Made by a program: the position numbers and the translations under genes. DNA of 64,000 nt from an uncultured Methanosarcinaceae archaeon (GTDB lineage: Archaea > Halobacteriota > Methanosarcinia > Methanosarcinales > Methanosarcinaceae). Shown here one piece after another: positions 57,770 through 64,000 of this stretch. The DNA lies in assembly GCA_963833425.1 (NCBI GenBank), contig CAWHXP010000008.1, forward strand, positions 564,578-628,577. Direction: 5' to 3'. Each line of letters begins with the position of its first letter. The first letter of the stretch is position 1. The notes under the pieces were generated by a model. It saw nothing but the letters and a program-made list of their open reading frames with translations. It was not told where the DNA came from and searched no databases.

Positions 57770-58365
57770 CCGAATACCCCGCAGCTTGCTGCAGGGATGG
57801 AAACTTCCCTGGTAACCGTCGTTAAAGGACTGATTTATATCCTGAATCACCTTTTGCTGTAGATGGAGTTATGACGTGCAAATCATTGTGTCGATAAATT
57901 CGATATCATATGTTTTTTTTTTGCATGAAATTTCATAAAAACATTTTAAATTAGGACGCAGTTAATTTTTTAAAAAATTATGCTCTGAGATTCGCGAAAG
58001 ATACTTATTTGAATTTGATGCAATTGCTCGATGGTAATCAAGTACATCTTTTTTGTTGGGCCGAGCCAAAGTACTCTCTTCCAGAGTGATGCAGATTATT
58101 AGAAACATACCACCCATACAAATCTTCAAAGAGTGCCCTGAAAATCAAAAAACAGCATTGCGGTAGAGAACTATAGAGTGATGGGGGATTTATTGGAACA
58201 GTAGGAGAAGGAACTACTTGCGTTATTATAAAAAATTGTGTTCGGAATAATGGAGATCAGGAAGAAAAACATGCAGATAGACAAATGAAAAAATAACTTT
58301 CAGCAAAAAACTCTATCTTTAACGCTGGCGCGAACATACCCGTTGATTTCAACGGAGTGCTCCAG
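57770..58365 (+). mobile_element. tnpA: IS200-type element with decayed TnpA
   Basis: Subterminal hairpins CCCCGCAGC-TT-GCTGCAGGG and CCGTTGA-TT-TCAACGG; remnant from ATG 57863 includes VHLF.GAEPKYS.SRVMQII, SDGGFIGTVGEG and GDQEEK. Confidence 0.82.
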
Positions 58366-58641
58366 CACAATTTTGATTGAAATTCGCTATGTAAATCAAA
58401 ATAATATTAATGGAGCAAGTCTCCAATAATTCTAATCTTTAATGTTAACAGTGGAAAAATAATACGGTATATTTATGTAATGTTTCTTCTCATGTAGTTG
58501 TTGCTCAAATGGGTGAAATTTATTATTTATATAGCACATTATTTACTGAATTCATAGCTTTTCACTTTCAACGATATGCTCAAACAGGCAAGAAGGAACC
58601 ACCACAAAGTTAATTGCAGCTCACAATTTGGAGGAGAATTA

Positions 58642-60255
58642 ATGCCAGTGTTCATTGAAATTAAGAATTTAAGTGTAGAATTTGACGGTCTTAAAGCGCT
58701 GAAAAATTTAAATTTAAGCATCAATGAAGCGGAAATAGTTGGAGTTTTGGGAAAAAGTGGGTCAGGAAAAACAATCCTAATGCATGTGTTGCGTGGGACT
58801 GAATCTTATCAAAATATCTCAGGTGAAGTAATTTACCATCTTGCCCGCTGCAAGAAGTGCGGATACATAGAACGCCCAAGTCTGAAGAACCAGAAGTGCC
58901 CGGTTTGTGGAGAGATACTCGAAGCTTTTGAAGCTGATTTTATAAAACTTTCCCTTTATGATCCGATAAGGAAAGATATTACTAAAAGAATTGCAATCAT
59001 GCTTCAGCGTTCCTTTGCTCTTTATGGCGACGAAAGAGTTATTGTAAATGTTATTAACTCCCTACATGAGATTGGGTATCAGGAACAGAATTCCATAAAA
59101 AAGGCAGTTGAATTGCTAGAGGAAGTAAATCTGGGTCACCGAATGATGCATGTTGCAAGAGAACTTTCAGGTGGAGAAAAGCAGAGGGTTGTACTTGCGA
59201 GACAGCTTGTAAGAAATCCCTTGCTTTTGTTAGCCGACGAGCCCACAGGTACCCTCGACCCAATGACTGCAAAGTTAGTACATGATGCAATTATTAAAGC
59301 AGTTAGAAATTACAATATGAGCATGGTCTTTACATCCCACTGGCCTGAGGTCATCGAGAATCTAGCAGATAAGGCGATTCTCCTCGAAAACGGAGAGATC
59401 GTTCAGGAAGGGAACTCTCTTGAGGTCTCTGCAGTTTTTATGAAGAGCATATGCATGGTGAGACAAGAAAAGAATACCATGATCGGAGAGCCTATAATTC
59501 GAGTAAAGGACCTCTCTAAACGTTATATTTCGGTAGATCGTGGTGTAGTAAGAGCTGTAGACAAAATATCTTTTGATGTTAAAGAAGGAGAGATCTTTGG
59601 GCTAGTCGGTGTTAGCGGAGCAGGCAAGACTACCACCTCGAAGATTCTGATGGGAATTTTACAACCTACATCTGGAGAAGTTGAGGTTCGAGTTGGAGAT
59701 GAATGGGTTGATATGACAAAACTAGGTGTTAAAAATAAAGGACGGGCGACTAAATATATGGGATTCCTACACCAAGAATATGGTCTCTACACTCAAAGCT
59801 CCGTAGTAGATAACCTCACTGAATCGATCAGCTTGGACTTACCTTTTGAACTTGGTGTCAAAAAAGCTTTAATCACCCTCAAAGCTGCAGGCTTTGAGGA
59901 AGAAAAAGCAAAAGCTATTTTACCCAAAATGACTGATGAAACAAGTGAAGGAGAGCGGCATAGAATTGCACTTGCTCAGGTTCTTATAAAGGAACCGAGA
60001 ATCGTGATAATGGATGAACCTACAGGGACAATGGATCCAATTACTAAGATATCTGTAGCAACCTCGATTCTTAAAGCTAGAGAAGAAATTGGGGAAACCT
60101 TTGTTATAGTTTCGCACGATATGGATTTTATAAACGAGATATGTGACCGTGTAGCACTCATGCGGGAAGGGAAGATTGTAGATATAGGGAAACCGAAGAA
60201 TGTACTTTCACAGCTTACTGAAGAAGAATGGATCAAAGCTGCAGAAGAACTATAA
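58642..60255 (+). CDS. atwA: methyl-coenzyme M reductase system component A2 (dual ABC ATPase)
   Basis: Two ABC domains ([16 protein letters not shown]), CKKC...CPVC insert, [25 protein letters not shown]. Confidence 0.95.
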   Translation: MPVFIEIKNLSVEFDGLKALKNLNLSINEAEIVGVLGKSGSGKTILMHVLRGTESYQNISGEVIYHLARCKKCGYIERPSLKNQKCPVCGEILEAFEADFIKLSLYDPIRKDITKRIAIMLQRSFALYGDERVIVNVINSLHEIGYQEQNSIKKAVELLEEVNLGHRMMHVARELSGGEKQRVVLARQLVRNPLLLLADEPTGTLDPMTAKLVHDAIIKAVRNYNMSMVFTSHWPEVIENLADKAILLENGEIVQEGNSLEVSAVFMKSICMVRQEKNTMIGEPIIRVKDLSKRYISVDRGVVRAVDKISFDVKEGEIFGLVGVSGAGKTTTSKILMGILQPTSGEVEVRVGDEWVDMTKLGVKNKGRATKYMGFLHQEYGLYTQSSVVDNLTESISLDLPFELGVKKALITLKAAGFEEEKAKAILPKMTDETSEGERHRIALAQVLIKEPRIVIMDEPTGTMDPITKISVATSILKAREEIGETFVIVSHDMDFINEICDRVALMREGKIVDIGKPKNVLSQLTEEEWIKAAEEL

Positions 60256-60297
60256 ATATTCTGCCACCTTTTTGTACGAGAAAAATACTAAAATGAG

Positions 60298-61848
60298 GTG
60301 CTGATTACGAGTGATGATATCAGCGTAGAGGTGAACGGTCAAAAATATACTTTGCCTGCAGGCTCTACCCTTGGAGATGTCCTTAAAATTTCCAGAGCTC
60401 CCTACATAGCTGGTACAGCAATTGTTATTTTGAAAGACACTGCTGAGAAAAGGATGGAGACAATCACCGAATACGCTATCAGTACTCCTAAGGGAGAATT
60501 CAAGATAGGACTTAAAAAGCATAAGTCTCCCTCAGGAAAATTATGGGCTGAGCATTTTAAAGAATATGAAGGAAAACCTGTCCATTGGGCCAGTCCTGAA
60601 GCTCTGGCTCTCGGGCCTTTTGAGGCTAATATTAAGCCTTCTCACGAAATCAAAAGCTTTGAAACATTTGATGTTCTTTTCGGTGCTGGAGGTTTTGACC
60701 CTAGTAATACGCATCTGATATTTTCAAGAAAAAGGCATACTGCAGAGTATGGCACTCCCAAGGACAGCGTTTTTGCTGAAGTTGTTACTGGTAGAAAAAT
60801 TTTGTTCAGACTTTCGAGAGGGGATAGCATTTTAAATATTAAGCCTATTATAGAAAGTGAACAACTCTCAAAAAAAGCAAACACTACTGACCTTTCTACA
60901 CTTCTTGAAAATGGGAATGGGATATTTACTTATCTTGAGTCTGAACTTTCCAGAAACTCTCCTATAGGTGCAGAACAATTTTATGCCCTGACTCGTGAAG
61001 GGACACTTAGCGTAGATGTGTCTACTAGCTCATTTATCTCGGATGATAGACTTAAAGGAGAACCTGTTCCATACGAAAATTTTGAGCCGAGAAGCGATGG
61101 TGCCATTTCTATCCGCACAGTGGGATACGGAGCAGGCAGGACTTATATCTCCAAAGAAGAACGGCCTTCAAGTCTTGTACATTCAGTTGTTGGACATGTA
61201 ACTAAAGGACTTGAACTCATAAAGCTAGCAGAAGCGGGCCAGAAAATATCAGTTGAAAGTATCCCTCCCCAGATAGTACTCCTTGGGCATAGTTTTGAAG
61301 AGATAGATCCCGCACTTTCCTCCATAGGAATCGAATTAGTAAAGGCCGGATATACTGGAAAGGATGCTGTAATTGTCAGCCATGAACCATCCACAACGCT
61401 GGAAATTCTTGGAGAAGCTAAAGTAACTGCTTATGCGGTGTCCAAGGCAAAACTTATTGAAATTAAACTTTACCCTGAGAAAGCGCCTAAATCTGTGGAC
61501 TTCTTCCGTCATTCGCTCGGACTTAAGACAAAAAAAGTTGGGAAATTGCCTATCTACATGGTATATGATAATACTTATTTATTCAAAACTGAAAAAGAAA
61601 CCGTGAAATATAAAGAAATCCTCCCAGAGAATACGCCAATGAACAAAATACTTGCTGGTGAGATCGGGATCACAAACCAGGCAGCAAAGAGGATGGGGAC
61701 TATAGGGGTCAAACTCGTAGATGATGATCTTTTCGGCCCAACTGGAGAAAAATTTTCATCAACAAACCTTATAGGTCGGATCATCGAGCCTTCGAAGCTT
61801 AAAGATATCGCAGAAGGAGACGCGATATACGTAAGTGAAGTATTATGA
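60298..61848 (+). CDS. mmp3: methanogenesis marker protein 3
   Basis: Cyclophilin-like repeats, KAPKSVDFFRH, GEIGITNQA and FGPTGEKFSSTNLIG; position after atwA. Confidence 0.92.
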   Translation: MLITSDDISVEVNGQKYTLPAGSTLGDVLKISRAPYIAGTAIVILKDTAEKRMETITEYAISTPKGEFKIGLKKHKSPSGKLWAEHFKEYEGKPVHWASPEALALGPFEANIKPSHEIKSFETFDVLFGAGGFDPSNTHLIFSRKRHTAEYGTPKDSVFAEVVTGRKILFRLSRGDSILNIKPIIESEQLSKKANTTDLSTLLENGNGIFTYLESELSRNSPIGAEQFYALTREGTLSVDVSTSSFISDDRLKGEPVPYENFEPRSDGAISIRTVGYGAGRTYISKEERPSSLVHSVVGHVTKGLELIKLAEAGQKISVESIPPQIVLLGHSFEEIDPALSSIGIELVKAGYTGKDAVIVSHEPSTTLEILGEAKVTAYAVSKAKLIEIKLYPEKAPKSVDFFRHSLGLKTKKVGKLPIYMVYDNTYLFKTEKETVKYKEILPENTPMNKILAGEIGITNQAAKRMGTIGVKLVDDDLFGPTGEKFSSTNLIGRIIEPSKLKDIAEGDAIYVSEVL

Positions 61849-62147
61849 ATGTGAACTGAAATATATGTTAAGAAAATGATAATGAATGTAAGACGATGAG
61901 ATAATAGCTAATCTAATAAATAATAACTGTAATGTATGAAAAATAATATTCACACTTTATTGTAATAATGGAAGAAAGGATAAATTAAAAACTAACAAAT
62001 AAACTGGCTGCTAATGTGTGAAAAGCTTGCTAATGAGTAAGTTAATTCGTTGTAAGTTGCTTGCTAGATATCACGTGGTGCTTAAAAAGATTCGTAGTAT
62101 GGATCCATCGCTTTTCAAGTTTCCCGTTGCTGAGGAGAAACAAAAAA

Positions 62148-62591
62148 ATGACGGAAACAAAAAATGAAACGGTTACAAAGTACATTGTAATCAGTTCAGA
62201 TAAAGTGCTGCCATCAGATGCAGCTATGAAGATCTATGAATCGGAGTTCTCGGTTACGGTGAAAGAGACCTGTTTTGGACTTATAGTAACAGGACCGAAG
62301 GAGGAGGTCCAAACAGTGATCGAAAAAATCAGGCAGTTGGATAAAAATCATATTTTTATAAAAGATAGAGGATTTCCTGCAGGAGATGGAAGGCGTTGTC
62401 GTGCAACCCTTGGAGGGGGACCACGGCCGGGATTTCATTTCCTTAGAGAAGAAGTTAAGATGCTCCCTTCCATAGGAGCTGCACTTGACGAATTGGATGA
62501 AAAAGCACCTGCAAGAGAACAACTTAAGGAGAAATCCAGGATTAAAGTTTCCGTTTTGGAAAAAATTATTGAAGAGGAGCTTGAGAGGTGA
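62148..62591 (+). CDS. mmp6: methanogenesis marker protein 6
   Basis: VKETCFG, IFIKDRGFPAGDGRRCRA and GGPRPGFH motifs. Confidence 0.9.
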   Translation: MTETKNETVTKYIVISSDKVLPSDAAMKIYESEFSVTVKETCFGLIVTGPKEEVQTVIEKIRQLDKNHIFIKDRGFPAGDGRRCRATLGGGPRPGFHFLREEVKMLPSIGAALDELDEKAPAREQLKEKSRIKVSVLEKIIEEELER

Positions 62592-62595
62592 GTTT

Positions 62596-63105
62596 TTGGC
62601 AAAGGTTTTCATTTATCCTGTAAATAGTCTTATTTTGGCTGACCTTATTGAACGCTTCGGACACAAGCCCCTTGTCATCATGAATCAAATAAGAGAAAAG
62701 GTTACAAATATAAGCTTGGATTCTCCCCCAATAAATATCACTCCTGAGGATCCTAAATTAGGACTTCGATATGCTGCAATTGAAGTTCCTCCAGGAGTAA
62801 GAGGCAGGATGGCTCTAATAGGGCCCCTTATAGAAGATGCAGAAGCTTCAATAGTAGTCGAAAACCCACCTACAAACTTCGGTTGCGTGGGCTGTAACCG
62901 TACTAATGAACTGATGAAATATTTGATTCGCTCGAAAGGGATACCGGTTCTAGAGGTAAAGTATCCGGAGTCAGATGAGGGAGCTCATGACTTCGTGAGT
63001 AAAATAATAGAATTCCTGAAATCACTGCCTAGAGAAAAGTTGGGAGATGAAGAAAAAGTAACAGATGAAGAACCTTCAAAAAGGAGACCGAAAAATGAGT
63101 TCTGA
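62596..63105 (+). CDS. mmp5: methanogenesis marker protein 5
   Basis: KVFIYPVNSLIL, YAAIEVPPGVRGRM and FGCVGCNRTNE; GAGGTGA SD before TTG. Confidence 0.9.
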   Translation: MAKVFIYPVNSLILADLIERFGHKPLVIMNQIREKVTNISLDSPPINITPEDPKLGLRYAAIEVPPGVRGRMALIGPLIEDAEASIVVENPPTNFGCVGCNRTNELMKYLIRSKGIPVLEVKYPESDEGAHDFVSKIIEFLKSLPREKLGDEEKVTDEEPSKRRPKNEF

Positions 63106-64000
63106 AGAATTGGGCCCTGTTAAGATTGCCCTTGTATCCTGTGGTTCTGAGTATTCAGGCGTTCAGCCTGAGTTTGAATCTGCTGCAGAGAAGGTGAATG
63201 CAAAGTTCGTTTACCCTGAGATTGACATCGCATCCATGGATACAATAGGTAGGGATTTCGGTCTTGAGGTTGCAAGCGGAGACCTCAGACTCATGATGGC
63301 ACGTGCAAAGGCTGTTGTTGAGGGCACAACCACTGTAGACGGAGTTTTCATTACCACATGTTTCCGCTGTGCCGAAGGGGCCATTGTCCGAAATGAGGTC
63401 AGAAGGTACATCCATAAGAACTCAAGAATCCCGGTGATTAGTTATTCGTTTACCGAACGCACCAGTGCAGGCACCTTACTTACCCGTCTGGAAGCTCTGA
63501 CAACTATTGTCAGGCGCAAGCATCTTCTTACAAGGGAAATTCAGTCAGGACTGACTGCGGGGATAGACTCAGGGTCAACAACTACAAAAGCAGTGGTTAT
63601 GAAAGATAATGAAATTATAGGCAAAGGCTGGGTGCCCACAACTAAAGTTATTGAAAGCGCAGAAGAAGCATATTCTCTTGCTCTGAAAGAAGCTGGGGTT
63701 TCCCTAGAAGAAATCCAGGCCCTGGGCACTACTGGATATGGACGTTTCCTAGTAGGAAACCATTTCAAAGCACAAATTGTCCAGGAAGAAATCACCGTTA
63801 ACTCTAAAGGAGCTGTTTATCTTGCGAATAGGCAGAGAGGCTCTGCAACAGTTATTGATATAGGTGGTATGGACAATAAAGCAATATCAGTTGAGGATGG
63901 TATTCCTGGAATGTTCACAATGGGAGGTATATGTGCCGGAGCTTCAGGACGTTTCTTTGAAATGATCTCAAAGCGTCTTGGCGTAGATATTGCTGATTTT
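63095..64000 (+). CDS. mmp15: methanogenesis marker protein 15 (ASKHA-type activase-like ATPase), runs off the window end
   Basis: KIALVSCGSEYSG, TCFRCAEG, GIDSGSTTTK, TTGYGR, DIGGMDNK and MGGICAGASGRF motifs. Confidence 0.92.
   Translation, partial: MSSEELGPVKIALVSCGSEYSGVQPEFESAAEKVNAKFVYPEIDIASMDTIGRDFGLEVASGDLRLMMARAKAVVEGTTTVDGVFITTCFRCAEGAIVRNEVRRYIHKNSRIPVISYSFTERTSAGTLLTRLEALTTIVRRKHLLTREIQSGLTAGIDSGSTTTKAVVMKDNEIIGKGWVPTTKVIESAEEAYSLALKEAGVSLEEIQALGTTGYGRFLVGNHFKAQIVQEEITVNSKGAVYLANRQRGSATVIDIGGMDNKAISVEDGIPGMFTMGGICAGASGRFFEMISKRLGVDIADF

Noticed and set aside
61849..62147. AT-rich spacer with TAATG/AATGT motifs between mmp3 and mmp6
   Set aside because: Low-complexity with no regular period or stable structure; typical of Methanosarcina intergenic DNA.
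3373..63795. Numerous antisense ORFs in the track overlapping recognised genes
   Set aside because: Shadow frames of well-supported CDS on the opposite strand or in another frame.
1..64000. tRNA or rRNA genes
   Set aside because: No T-loop GGTTCGA.TCC in a cloverleaf context and no GC-rich rRNA-like block seen.

Overview
Archaeal methanogen DNA, most consistent with Methanosarcina/Methanosarcinaceae (MC1 chromatin protein, DtdA, DGGGP synthase, PSH protease, and an atwA-mmp3-mmp6-mmp5-mmp15 methanogenesis-marker cluster). The window is heavily eroded: by my manual sum, intact CDS cover only about 27-28 kb of 64 kb, and about 17 pseudogenes or dead IS elements are recognisable (IS6, two IS5-type, TnpA, TnpB, plus MITEs). 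The centre (about 30-48 kb) is a sulfur/Fe-S trafficking region. It holds cysK, a dead cysE, dead DUF59 and MoaD-like carriers, an Fe-S-type larE, an intact four-gene operon (permease-less ABC ATPase, UreG/HypB-like GTPase, Fe-S protein, marker-16 metalloprotein), a frameshifted thiI, tusA, a dead dsrE, an IscS-like protein lacking PLP-binding residues, and an IscU-DUF59 fusion. Other notable items are a secreted Asn/Gly/Tyr-rich 11-residue-repeat protein flanked by diverged 140-bp direct repeats, and several genes with near-cognate codons at the expected start. I found no tRNA, rRNA or CRISPR array. All family calls come from motif recognition by eye; no database search was run.
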